DNA from: Pseudomonadota bacterium
GTDB taxonomy: Bacteria > Pseudomonadota > Gammaproteobacteria > Steroidobacterales > Steroidobacteraceae
Direction: 5' to 3'
Assembly: GCA_046733635.1 (NCBI GenBank)
Contig: JBKPPO010000091.1
Span: 10-64,009 of the forward strand
Length of the DNA stretch: 64,000 nt
Positions 34,999 to 44,805 of this stretch are shown here, in pieces; position 1 is the stretch's first letter; each line of letters begins with the position of its first letter. The notes beneath the pieces are model-generated. The model saw nothing but the letters and a program-made list of their open reading frames with translations. It ran no database searches and was not told the origin of the DNA. Position numbers and translations under genes: made by a program.

Positions 34999-36246
34999 AT
35001 GACAGAGTCGCTGATCGTTCACCTGCGTGACGGGGCCGCACCCCAGTGGATGGTGTGCAACGAAGACGGGCACGTCGTCGTCAACGCCGTCTCCGGAGAT
35101 TTGTCCCAGGCCACGGCCATGGCGACAGGCCGCCGCGTCGTGCTCATCCTCCCCGCGGACGAAGCACTCGTCACCGACAGCGAGGCGCCGGCGAAGAACG
35201 CCGCCAAGCTCGCGCAGGTCATTCCCTACGCGCTCGAGGAACGGGTCGCGGACGAAATCGAGAACCTGCATTTCGCACTGGGCGAACGTGATGCCGCGAG
35301 CGGCCGCGTGCCCGTCGTGGTCATCGAACGCGCGAAGCTCGACGCCCGGCTTGCCGAAGTCCGCGCGGCCGGCCTGTTCCCCACGGCTATCTACTCGGAA
35401 GCCTCACTGCTCCCCGCCATGCCCGGCCAGATGATCGCGTTGCTCGATGGCGGCACGCTGACATTGCGTGGCGCCGACGGCCCGCCGCTCGTCATGCCTG
35501 CGCTCTCGCTCACGGATGCATTCGAGATGGCGCTGGCCGCGCAGCCCGCTCCCGTCGCGGGCCTCGAGCCCATGCCGCTCGGCCTGCTGCTGTATGCCGG
35601 ACACGATGAATGGCAGGCGCATCAGGACGCCGTTGATTCGCTGCGCGATCGCTTCACCGGTGTGAAGGTGCAGTTGTTGCCCTCGGGTCCGCTGACCGTG
35701 CTGGCGCCCGCCGCCGCGGGCGGCGAGGCGGTCAACCTCCTGCAAGGGTCACTCGCGGTGGCTTCTCCGATGGAGATGCGCTGGCAGTCCTGGCGTATGG
35801 CCGCGATCCTCGCGGGCGTGCTGCTCACGCTGCACATCGGCGGACGCGTGTTCGAGCTGCAGAAACTTCGCAAGGCGGAAGCCTCGCTGGATGCCGGCAT
35901 CGAAGAGGCGTTCCGCGCCGCCATGCCCGGCCAGCAGAACGCCACCAATGCCAGGCGCCGCGTGGCGCAACGTCTCGACGAGGTCCGCAGCGGCGGCGGC
36001 GGCACGCTGCTTCCCGCGCTCGTGGCGATCGCCACGGCCCGCGGTGCTTCGCCGGCCGCCACCATCGAAGGCATCACCTTTCGTGAAGGCGTGGTGAGCA
36101 TGCGCGTGATCGCGCCGGACGCCGCGAGCCTCGACGCGATGAGCCAGCAGCTTCGCGCCACCAATTGGCAGGCGGACATCAAGGATCTGAACGCCAGCGG
36201 CGACAGCTATCGCGGCCGCGTCGAGATCCGCAAGGCGGGCGCCTGA
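34999..36246 (+). CDS. gspL: type II secretion inner-membrane protein GspL
   Basis: ATG 34999. Cytoplasmic actin-like N-domain (AQVIPYALEERVADEIENLHFAL), a single TM helix and a periplasmic C-domain. Gene order. Confidence 0.85.
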   Translation: MTESLIVHLRDGAAPQWMVCNEDGHVVVNAVSGDLSQATAMATGRRVVLILPADEALVTDSEAPAKNAAKLAQVIPYALEERVADEIENLHFALGERDAASGRVPVVVIERAKLDARLAEVRAAGLFPTAIYSEASLLPAMPGQMIALLDGGTLTLRGADGPPLVMPALSLTDAFEMALAAQPAPVAGLEPMPLGLLLYAGHDEWQAHQDAVDSLRDRFTGVKVQLLPSGPLTVLAPAAAGGEAVNLLQGSLAVASPMEMRWQSWRMAAILAGVLLTLHIGGRVFELQKLRKAEASLDAGIEEAFRAAMPGQQNATNARRRVAQRLDEVRSGGGGTLLPALVAIATARGASPAATIEGITFREGVVSMRVIAPDAASLDAMSQQLRATNWQADIKDLNASGDSYRGRVEIRKAGA

Positions 36247-36716
36247 TGCGCGCCTGGTACGACAATCTCGCCGAGCGCGAACGCCGCATGGTGTTGCTGG
36301 GGGGCATCGCCGCCGCCGTGCTGCTCGTGCTGGCCGTGGTGTTGCCCCTCAACCGCAACATCGCGCAGGCCAAGCAACGCGTCACCACCAAACAGGGTGA
36401 CCTCGCCTTCATCCAGAGCGCAGCGCCCGCGCTGGCATCGGCCGGTCCGGGCATGAGCGTCGCGTCGGCCGACAACCTGGTCGTGCTCGTGGACAGCTCG
36501 GCGCGTGAAAGCGGACTGGGAAAATCCCTGTCCAGCAGCTCTCCGGCCGCGGATCGCAGCCTGCGTGTGCGTTTCGAACGGGTCGCCTTCGATGGCCTCG
36601 TCGCCTGGCTTGCTCGTCTCTCGCAGAACCACGGCGTCCGCGTGGACACCGCCGAGATCGAATCGGCGGGCGAACCGGGCCTCGTCAACGCGTCGCTGGT
36701 ACTCAAGGCGGGCTGA
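36246..36716 (+). CDS. gspM: type II secretion inner-membrane protein GspM
   Basis: MRAWYDNLAERERRMVLLGGIAAAVLLVL. TGATG overlap with gspL. Gene order. Confidence 0.85.
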   Translation: MRAWYDNLAERERRMVLLGGIAAAVLLVLAVVLPLNRNIAQAKQRVTTKQGDLAFIQSAAPALASAGPGMSVASADNLVVLVDSSARESGLGKSLSSSSPAADRSLRVRFERVAFDGLVAWLARLSQNHGVRVDTAEIESAGEPGLVNASLVLKAG

Positions 36717-36719
36717 TCC

Positions 36720-37472
36720 TTGAAGCGCGGCCCGCTGATCCTGACCATCGTCGCGGGCGTGCTCGTGTTCCTCGGCGTCCTGGTTCTCTATCTACCGGCG
36801 AGCTGGTTCGCCTCGATGCTCCCGCCCCAGGTCCGCTGCAATGAGCTCGGCGGCTCCCTCTGGCAGGGCGAGTGCCTCGGGCTGTCCTACCAGAATGGCG
36901 CGCTCGGCGACGCCACCTGGAATCTCTCGGCGTTCCAGGCGGTCACCGGCAAGATCAGGGGCGACGTGGACCTGCGCGGCACCCTGATCAACGCGCGCGC
37001 GGATCTCGACGTGAACTTCGCCGGCGTCGGCGAACTCCGCAACGTGAGTGCGCGCTTCCCGCTCGATCCCGCGCTCTCGCCGCAATTCCCGCGCGATCAG
37101 CGCGGCAACGTGATCGTGGAGCTCGCGCGACTCCAGGTCGCGGCCGGCGGCGTGCCGCGCCTCATCGAGGGCAAAGTCGAGCTGCACGACTTCCGCCTGG
37201 TATCGCCGCAGCCCATGGCGCTCGGCTCCTATGCGCTGACGTTCGATGGCGCGACGCAAGCCGATGGCGGCACGGTGGGCAAGGTCAAGGATCTCGGCGG
37301 TCCGTTCATGGTGGACGGCACTTTCACACTGACTCCGCCCAACGCCTACTCCGTGATCGGCCACATCACCGGCCGCTCCGCCGACGCCGAGCGCATCGTG
37401 CGTCAGATCACCTTCGGCGTTCCGCCCGACGCTTCGGGACGCAGCGAGTTCCGCTTCGAAGGCACTCTCTAG
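36720..37472 (+). CDS. gspN: type II secretion protein GspN
   Basis: TTG start, TM helix, then LPASWFASML...GSLWQGEC...GDATWNLS, typical of GspN. Last gene of the operon. Confidence 0.8.
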   Translation: MKRGPLILTIVAGVLVFLGVLVLYLPASWFASMLPPQVRCNELGGSLWQGECLGLSYQNGALGDATWNLSAFQAVTGKIRGDVDLRGTLINARADLDVNFAGVGELRNVSARFPLDPALSPQFPRDQRGNVIVELARLQVAAGGVPRLIEGKVELHDFRLVSPQPMALGSYALTFDGATQADGGTVGKVKDLGGPFMVDGTFTLTPPNAYSVIGHITGRSADAERIVRQITFGVPPDASGRSEFRFEGTL

Positions 37473-40400
37473 CTAGTCGACCGGCACTTCCCGCCAGGCG
37501 CCGAGCAGCGGGTAATAGAGCCCGGCTCGCACCGGTTCCGGACCCAGACCGCGCGCGAGCTGCACGTAACGACGAAGCTGGGCCTCGTAACGTTTCACCT
37601 CCTCGTCGAGGAAATGCTCGCGATCGCCGCCCTCGTGCGGACTCGTCTTGAAATCCACCACCCAGCGGATGCCGTCCGCGTCGACGAAGGTGCGGTCGAT
37701 GACCGCGTTCACGATCTGGCCGGCTCGCACGCCGGACAACGCGAGTTCGGCATGCACGTCCCGGTGCGACGGATCGAACAACCAGCGGCCGCGAGGATCG
37801 GCGAGCGTGGCATCCAGCGCCGCCATGGCCCTCGCCGCCCCCGCCTTCGCGCCCTCCGGTTCGACGCCGAGCAGCTCCAGTCGCGACTCCAACCGATCCT
37901 TGAGTGCCGGCAGCTCCTCGCGTGAGGGCATGCCCGATCTCCCGAACCGCTCCAGCGCCGCGTGCACCACCGTGCCCACACGCCTCGCCGTCTGCCGTGC
38001 CCAACTGAATTCGATGGGTTCTTCCTCGGCATTGAGCGGCATGAGTTCACCGCGCGCCGCGACGTCGTCGGGCAGCTTCAATTCAGGTAAACGTAGCGGC
38101 AGGCGCTGCCGGCGTTGCGAGGGGGTCGCCGCGATTTCAGGCGCCGGAGCATCACTCTCGATGGCCGGATAGTCGTCGATACTGGCGCTCATCGCCGCCC
38201 ACAGGTTGTCCAGCAGCGAATTGCGTTCGGCGGCAAAAGTACGCTGACCGTCCACTTCCCGTTCCAGCGGATGGATGTACACGTTGAGCGAACGCTTCGC
38301 GCGCGTGAGCGCCACATACGCCTGGCGTGTACGTTCGGCACGCGCGCGCTCCTTGTGCAGGGCGCCCACGAACGCGTTGATCGCATCGTCCTCATCGTCC
38401 TCGTCGGCCCGATGACGGATGGGCGCCATGAGCAGGTGATCGCGGTCCTGATCCCGCGGCAGCTCCAGCCAGTTCAGCAGGCGCGGGTCGTCGTTGCGTC
38501 CCTTGCGGCCGATGCCCACGACGAACACGTGATCGAACTCCAGGCCCTTGGCGCCATGGATCGTCATGAGCTGCACGGCACCGGGCTGCGCGGGATCGAC
38601 CGCATACAATCGGTCCATGACGGCGGCGAGATTCAGGGGCCGGCCCCGCAGGCGTTTGCGGTCCTCTTCATCGAGCGCGGCCAGGAAGCGTCTGGCATGC
38701 GCCAGCTCCGCGGGCTTGCCGCAGGCGGAAGCGCCCCCGAGAGCGAGCCAGGTCCGCTCGACGAGATGCGCGCGCGACTCGCGCTCACGCTCCAGCCAAC
38801 CGCCCAGCAACAAAGGCGTGGCGCGCAGCAGACGCAACATGCCGTCCGCGGTGAGTCCCGGCACGCCGCTCATGAGCGCCGAGGCGATGGTGCTCTCGCC
38901 CGCAATTTCCGACACCCGAGTGAGGTCCGGCAGCGTGAGACCGACGAACGGCGCGCGCAGCACCGCGAGCCAGGCGACGCGATCGAGGGGCGAGTCCAGC
39001 GCGCGCACCAGCGCCTCGAGATCGCGCACCACCGGAACCGCGGCAAGAGGTTCGAGGTTCACGCCGATGAACGGGATGCCCCGCGTGTTGAGGCTGGCGC
39101 GCACGGCGCGCAAGTGCGGCCGGAAGCTCGCGAGCACCGCGATGCTGTGATCCGGCTGCACGCGGCGTAGTTCGGCGATCTGCGCCGCCACCGACTCGGC
39201 TTCCGCTTCGGGTGCGCAGTTCGCGCCCACACGATGTATGCGTTGCGCGCCTTCCAGATTGTCGCGCCCGGCCACACTCGCGAGATGACGCACGGCTCCG
39301 CGCCGCACGTCATCGTGCGGCGGGAACACCCGCCCGAAGGCCTCGTTGCACCAGTGCACGAGCGCGGGCGCCGAACGGAAGTTCCGGCGCAAGGTCAGCG
39401 ATTCCAGCCTCAGGCCTCGCAAGCCCTGGTCGCGCACGCTCGCGAACCGCCCCACTTCGGCATTCCGGAAACCGTAGATGGACTGCATCGGATCGCCCAC
39501 GAGGAACAAGGTGCGTCCATCACCATCGGACCAGTCGAACGTGAGCGTGCGCAACAGCTCGAACTGGTCGCGCGAGGTGTCCTGGAATTCATCGATGAGC
39601 AGGTGCATCAGGTGCGTGCCGATGCGTTCCGCGAGCGGTGTCGGGCTGCTGTCCTGTGTCAGCGCCTGCCTCGCGGCGGCGGCGATCTCCGTGTGATCGC
39701 ATTCGCCATGCTGGTCGAACGCCGCGCGCAACATGCCCGATGCCACCAGCAGCAGCTTCGAGAGCGAATCCAGTGCCGCGCGCGCGGCCTCAGGGATCAG
39801 GGGATCCGGCAGCGCGCGGATGCTCCGGAGGGACGCCAGCAATCGGTCGTCGATGATCCGGAGTCGTTCCAGCCAGTCGTCGCGCAGCATCTTGCCGAGC
39901 TTGTCGTCGGCGGGAATTCCCTCGCTTTTGATGAGCCGTTTGCGGGCGCCGCCATCACCGGTCAGCGCCAGGAACGCGACGCCGCGCCAACGCGCCAGAT
40001 GTTCGGGCGAACCGTCGAGCGCGCCCGCGAAATCCCGCCACTGCGCGAGGTCGGCTTGTTTGTCCGGCTCGAGGTGCTGGCTCGCGAAACGTGCGAGGTT
40101 GCTAGCCTGCAGGATGAAGTCCGCGCTGAAGACCTGCGCGGCCTGCGCCAGTTCTTCGGCGACGATTTCGCGCAGGCTCTCCTCGATGCGCGGCGCCAGT
40201 TCCTCGCCCGACAGCTGCGGCAGGTTCGGCAGCCACTCCGCACGGCGCGGCAGCATGCCGGCGATGAGCCTTTCGAGCCGTCCCCAGTTGTCGTCGAGCC
40301 GGCGCAGGATGCGTTCGAGATCGCGACGCAGCTCGGGATCCGTCTCCGCCGTCCGCATGGCATCGCGCGCCGCCTGTGCGTAGAGGTCGTCCGCCGAGTC

Positions 40401-40832
40401 CGTGATGCCGCGGCCGAATCCATTGCGCGAAGTCACCGGCAGCGAATTCGCGAGGTATCCATTGAACGCGTCGATGGTCTGGATGCGCAGCCGCGCCGCG
40501 CTCTCGTCGATGCCCCACTGGCGGCGCTCGGCGTTCGCCCGCGCCGCCGCGGCCAGTTCCAGCGTCACCGCGTCCGCGGCGGATCTGACTTCGATGTCGC
40601 CGGCCAATGCCTTCTGCACGCGCTCGCGCATTTCGCCCGCCGCCTTGCGCGTGAACGTGATCGCGAGCACCTGCTCGGGTTCGTCCACCGTCGCGAGCAG
40701 CTTGAGATATCGCTGCGTGAGCACCGTGGTCTTTCCGGATCCCGCGGGAGCCTGGACGATGAACGACTGGCGCACATCGAGCGCGCGCTCACGCGCCGCG
40801 GCGTCGATGGCGGCGAGATCGGACTCCGTCAT
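37473..40832 (-). CDS. addA: AddA-type UvrD-family helicase / PD-(D/E)XK nuclease
   Basis: Walker A QAPAGSGKTT, UvrD motifs (DEFQDTS, TIHGAKGLEF) and the C-terminal nuclease motif WVVDFKTS. ATG 40832 overlaps the upstream stop codon (ATGA). Confidence 0.85.
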   Translation of the reverse strand: MTESDLAAIDAAARERALDVRQSFIVQAPAGSGKTTVLTQRYLKLLATVDEPEQVLAITFTRKAAGEMRERVQKALAGDIEVRSAADAVTLELAAAARANAERRQWGIDESAARLRIQTIDAFNGYLANSLPVTSRNGFGRGITDSADDLYAQAARDAMRTAETDPELRRDLERILRRLDDNWGRLERLIAGMLPRRAEWLPNLPQLSGEELAPRIEESLREIVAEELAQAAQVFSADFILQASNLARFASQHLEPDKQADLAQWRDFAGALDGSPEHLARWRGVAFLALTGDGGARKRLIKSEGIPADDKLGKMLRDDWLERLRIIDDRLLASLRSIRALPDPLIPEAARAALDSLSKLLLVASGMLRAAFDQHGECDHTEIAAAARQALTQDSSPTPLAERIGTHLMHLLIDEFQDTSRDQFELLRTLTFDWSDGDGRTLFLVGDPMQSIYGFRNAEVGRFASVRDQGLRGLRLESLTLRRNFRSAPALVHWCNEAFGRVFPPHDDVRRGAVRHLASVAGRDNLEGAQRIHRVGANCAPEAEAESVAAQIAELRRVQPDHSIAVLASFRPHLRAVRASLNTRGIPFIGVNLEPLAAVPVVRDLEALVRALDSPLDRVAWLAVLRAPFVGLTLPDLTRVSEIAGESTIASALMSGVPGLTADGMLRLLRATPLLLGGWLERERESRAHLVERTWLALGGASACGKPAELAHARRFLAALDEEDRKRLRGRPLNLAAVMDRLYAVDPAQPGAVQLMTIHGAKGLEFDHVFVVGIGRKGRNDDPRLLNWLELPRDQDRDHLLMAPIRHRADEDDEDDAINAFVGALHKERARAERTRQAYVALTRAKRSLNVYIHPLEREVDGQRTFAAERNSLLDNLWAAMSASIDDYPAIESDAPAPEIAATPSQRRQRLPLRLPELKLPDDVAARGELMPLNAEEEPIEFSWARQTARRVGTVVHAALERFGRSGMPSREELPALKDRLESRLELLGVEPEGAKAGAARAMAALDATLADPRGRWLFDPSHRDVHAELALSGVRAGQIVNAVIDRTFVDADGIRWVVDFKTSPHEGGDREHFLDEEVKRYEAQLRRYVQLARGLGPEPVRAGLYYPLLGAWREVPVD

Positions 40833-43447
40833 GGCTCTGCCCCGGCGTCGAGCTCCGCGCTCGCGATCTCCATGCGGCGGCACAGGATGGTCAGGTGGCA
40901 GTTCCGGCACACGTCCGACGCCGGCTGCACGGGTGCGCGGCCTTCCAGATAGTCGGTCGCAAGTGATCCCAGCGCCACCAGCCAGCGATCCAGTTGATCG
41001 CGCCAGGCCTGGAGGATCTGGTCGCCCGGAACCTTCCTGGGATCGAGGCCTTTCACTCCGGGCAACAGGCCCGTGCTCGCCGCCTTGCCCGTGAATTTCG
41101 CGCGGCCATCGGCCAGCGAAACGTTCGCGAGCGCCTGCACGTCGCGGCCGGCTTCGGCCAATAGATAGGCCAGGAGCTGCGGCTCCCGCAGGGCGCGCTC
41201 ATCCCAACGCAGCGACTTCGCGGCCGAAGACTTGTAGTCGAGGATGGCGATGCCGCCGCCTTCGATGGAATCCATGCGATCGATGCGCACCGTGAACCGG
41301 CCGTTCGCGATGCTCACTTCACGGCGTGCTTCGAGCGCCACCACCTCGAAGGGGGGCCGCCGCTGTTCCTCCTGCAGCAGGATCTCGATGAGTTTCTCGA
41401 GGCGATGTTTCTCGCGATCGACCGCTTGCGCCAGGCTGTCGGGCACCTGGCCGCGGAACACCGAGACCACGGCGGCATCCACCGACGCCGCGATCAAAGG
41501 CTTGCGCAGCACCTCGTCCGAAGGCGCGAGGTGCCAGTAATCCTTGAGCTTGATCCACACCAGTTCCAGCGCCTTGTGCAGCAACATGCCACGATCGCGC
41601 GCATCGAGCCCTGGCATCGGCTCCTCGAGCTTGCGCGCGGCGAGCCTCACTTCGGCATAGGCATGAAAGCCACACTCGGCCTGGAGCGTGAGCGGTGTGG
41701 TGCCGCCGCGCACGGGCTCGCGCGTATCCACCGCCACGCCCTGCGCATCTTCGACGGGCTCGAGCGCGACCTGCCGCAGTTCCGCCGCCAGCGTGACGAT
41801 CGCGGGTGAAACTTCCACGGGTTGATGCCGCGCAAGCAACGGGCTGATCGAGCGATGCGCGTCGCCCTCGAGGCGGCCCCAGGAACACGTGAGCGAGGCG
41901 GCGGACGCCCGCCAGCCCGAGAGACTGCGACGCGCCGCCGCGGTCTGGCCACGAGCGCTGGCCCAGGGAATCCCGGCAGCCACCTGCAAACGCAACGGGA
42001 TGAACACATCCGGGCGTGGCGGCGCAGGCCACTGCGCGGCGTCGAGTCCCGCCACCCAGATGGCGTCGTAGCGCACCACCGGATCGTCGTGCGAATCACT
42101 GAGCGTGACCGGCGTGGCCGCGCTCGCCGGATCGAACTGCCGCTCCGCGGCGAGCTCCGACAAAGTGGCCACGGCATCCGCGGCGCCCCCTCGCGGAAGC
42201 CAGGCGCCGAGACCTGCATATTCATCGAGCAACACATGCCAGCGCTGGACGGCCTGATGTTCGTCGCTGCGCAGCGGGCGCGAGCCATGCCAGCCGAGCT
42301 GCCGCAGTGCCTGGAGAAGCCTCGGCGACCACTCGGCAGGCGTGCGGCGTTCTCCGCCGAGCGTCGCGGCAGCCATGCGCAACCGGGCTGCCATCGCGAG
42401 GGCCGCCGGGATCAGGCTGCGTTCGAGCACCGCGACGAGTTCTTCGGCGCGCACTTCGAGTCGACGTCCTTCGCGAAGGATGGCCTCCACGGCCGCGCCC
42501 GCCATGCGATCCGCGGCGTCGAGGAACGGCAGCCGCAGCCAGTGCACCAACTCATCGAAGCGCAGGCTGCCGCTGAGCAGCCGCAGGCTGAGCAACGCAT
42601 GCGCGATGACCGGGAATTCGGTGAACGGCCGCCCGCCTTCGACCGAGTAGATAGTCGACTGGCCGCGAGCCTGCCCGCCCACCCATTCCGAGGGCGACAG
42701 CGTCTGTGAGAGAAGCCGGTCGTAGAGCCCTCTGCGCTGCCGAAGCCGCGCGTCGACGATGAGCAGCCGCCTGTCCGGATCCTGCTCGAGCTGCGAACGG
42801 CACCAGGCGGCGATGAGCTCGAGTTCGTGATCGTCGTTCTCGGCCGTGACGACATTCACGGGCGTCTGCGCGCCGGGATCGGCCGCGACGATCTGCGCGC
42901 CCCAGCGTTGCAGCGCCTCCTGCGCCGACGCAGGCATCGCGTCGACTCCGCAGGCCAGCAACGGCCCGCGCGATTCGATGTCCGGCAGCCATTCCCGCAA
43001 GGGTCTGCGGCCTCGCCCACCGGACAGATTGCCCATCAGTGCCAGGGCTTCGAGCAGCAGGTCGCCCTCGGGTGAACCGCCCAGCGCCTGTGGCGATCTC
43101 GTGATGCGCCAGTCCCACAAGGTGCGCACGGCATTGAGCAATGCGCGTGCTTCGGCGCTCCCGCCACCTTGATTGCGCCGCCATTCGCGCAACGCCGCCC
43201 ATTCGGCGCCGGGAACCAGCAGACGATCCGGCAGCCGCGCGGCTGCCCACGCCTCGTCGAGCGCCTGCTCGGCAAACTGGTTGAACGTGAGGATGCGCGG
43301 CGTCTGCCACAGCGTCTGGCCGGAATCGCGCCGCTCCTCGGCCCAGGCCGACCGGATCGCCGCCTGTCGCTGGGCAGAGGCGCAGATGAGCGTGGCGCCA
43401 GAAGCCAGGCCCTCTCGGATTTCGTGCGGAAGTCTGTGTCCGTTCAA
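40829..43447 (-). CDS. addB: AddB-like PD-(D/E)XK nuclease subunit with Fe-S cysteine cluster
   Basis: No P-loop at the N-terminus. C-terminal nuclease motif IAILDYKSS. Four Cys arranged C(ECGFHAY)...CRNCHLTILC. Coupled to addA. Confidence 0.75.
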   Translation of the reverse strand: MNGHRLPHEIREGLASGATLICASAQRQAAIRSAWAEERRDSGQTLWQTPRILTFNQFAEQALDEAWAAARLPDRLLVPGAEWAALREWRRNQGGGSAEARALLNAVRTLWDWRITRSPQALGGSPEGDLLLEALALMGNLSGGRGRRPLREWLPDIESRGPLLACGVDAMPASAQEALQRWGAQIVAADPGAQTPVNVVTAENDDHELELIAAWCRSQLEQDPDRRLLIVDARLRQRRGLYDRLLSQTLSPSEWVGGQARGQSTIYSVEGGRPFTEFPVIAHALLSLRLLSGSLRFDELVHWLRLPFLDAADRMAGAAVEAILREGRRLEVRAEELVAVLERSLIPAALAMAARLRMAAATLGGERRTPAEWSPRLLQALRQLGWHGSRPLRSDEHQAVQRWHVLLDEYAGLGAWLPRGGAADAVATLSELAAERQFDPASAATPVTLSDSHDDPVVRYDAIWVAGLDAAQWPAPPRPDVFIPLRLQVAAGIPWASARGQTAAARRSLSGWRASAASLTCSWGRLEGDAHRSISPLLARHQPVEVSPAIVTLAAELRQVALEPVEDAQGVAVDTREPVRGGTTPLTLQAECGFHAYAEVRLAARKLEEPMPGLDARDRGMLLHKALELVWIKLKDYWHLAPSDEVLRKPLIAASVDAAVVSVFRGQVPDSLAQAVDREKHRLEKLIEILLQEEQRRPPFEVVALEARREVSIANGRFTVRIDRMDSIEGGGIAILDYKSSAAKSLRWDERALREPQLLAYLLAEAGRDVQALANVSLADGRAKFTGKAASTGLLPGVKGLDPRKVPGDQILQAWRDQLDRWLVALGSLATDYLEGRAPVQPASDVCRNCHLTILCRRMEIASAELDAGAEP

Positions 43448-43475
43448 TTAACGTGCGATGCGCGAAAGATTCCGG

Positions 43476-44744
43476 CTATTTGAAGCGCGACTCGGCATGG
43501 ACCACCTTGGGCGTCGTCGGAAGGCTGGCGTACGAGGCCAGCAGTTCGTCGATGCGGGCGAAGACTTTCTTGAGCAGCGCCGCGTCCGGCAGCAGCGTCG
43601 TGCGGAAGTGATCGCGATACGGCACGTTGAAGCTGGTGCCGGGCGCGAGCAGCACGTGTTTCTGCTCGAGCAGGTCCAGTGCGAAGGTCTGATCGTCGAA
43701 GTCCGGTAGTTCGTCCGTCTTCACGCGCACGAACGCGTACATCGAACCCTTGGGCGCCTTGAGGTGCAGGAACTGGCTCGCGCGCGTGGCGTCGACGATC
43801 GCTCGGCGGGATTCATACAGGCGGCCGCCTGGCGCCAACAGCTCCTTGATGCTCTGGTATCCACCCAGCGCCGTCTGCACGGCCCACTGTGCGGGCACGT
43901 TGGAGCAGAGCCGCAATGAAGACAGGAGCTCGAGCGCCTGGAAGTAGTCGCCTGCGCCGCGCAGGTTTCCCGAAAACGCGGCCCAACCCACGCGATACCC
44001 GCAGGCGCGATAGATCTTGGACAGACCGGACATCGTGCAGCACACGGTGTCACGCACGAGCGTGGCCATGGGCACGTGTTCGATGCCGTCATAGGTCATC
44101 TGGTCATAGATCTCGTCGCAGAAGACCACGAGCTTCTTTTCTTCCGCGATGCGCGTGATGGCTTCGCAGACTTCGCGCGGATAGACCGCGCCTGTCGGAT
44201 TGTTCGGATTGATCACGACGATGGCGCGCGTCTTGCGCGTGACCAGCGCGGCGATGTCGGCCGGGTCCGGGATGAAATCGTTCTCGGGCTTGCAGGGATA
44301 GTAGACGGCCTTGCCGCCGTTCAGCGTGACCGCCGCGGACCACAGCGGGTAGTCAGGGCTCGGGATCAGGACTTCGTCGCCGTCGTTGAGGAGCGCGCGC
44401 AGGCAGAGGTCGATGAGTTCGCTCACGCCGTTGCCGATGAACACCTCTTCCGCACTCATGCCCGTCACGCCTCGCATCTGCTGCTGCATGACCACGGCTT
44501 CGCGCGCCGGGAAGATACCCTTCTGATGGCAATAACCTTCGGCCACCGGCATGTTCTCGATCATCGCCAGGCGCATGGTCTCGGGCGTACGGAAACCGAA
44601 GGCGCCGGGATTGCCGATGTTCAGCGGGACGATCTCGTAGCCCTGGCGCTCCAGCTCCTGAGCTCGACGGGCCAGACGTCCACGGATCTCGTACTTGACG
44701 TGGCGGAGGCCTTCACTCGGGCGAATGTGGTGTTCCTGGGACAT
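43476..44744 (-). CDS. alaA: glutamate-pyruvate (alanine) aminotransferase, AlaA-like
   Basis: Strong resemblance to E. coli AlaA along the whole length (YEIRG, LNIGNPGAFGF, GNGVSELI, INPNNPTGAVY, SGLSKIYRACGYRVGW, RLCSNVPAQ). Start at ATG 44744. Confidence 0.85.
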   Translation of the reverse strand: MSQEHHIRPSEGLRHVKYEIRGRLARRAQELERQGYEIVPLNIGNPGAFGFRTPETMRLAMIENMPVAEGYCHQKGIFPAREAVVMQQQMRGVTGMSAEEVFIGNGVSELIDLCLRALLNDGDEVLIPSPDYPLWSAAVTLNGGKAVYYPCKPENDFIPDPADIAALVTRKTRAIVVINPNNPTGAVYPREVCEAITRIAEEKKLVVFCDEIYDQMTYDGIEHVPMATLVRDTVCCTMSGLSKIYRACGYRVGWAAFSGNLRGAGDYFQALELLSSLRLCSNVPAQWAVQTALGGYQSIKELLAPGGRLYESRRAIVDATRASQFLHLKAPKGSMYAFVRVKTDELPDFDDQTFALDLLEQKHVLLAPGTSFNVPYRDHFRTTLLPDAALLKKVFARIDELLASYASLPTTPKVVHAESRFK

Positions 44745-44805
44745 CGAGGTTCCTTGAGCGTTGCGCGGAGAATAACGCGAACGCCGCTGGCTTGCGCGCA
44801 CCGGC

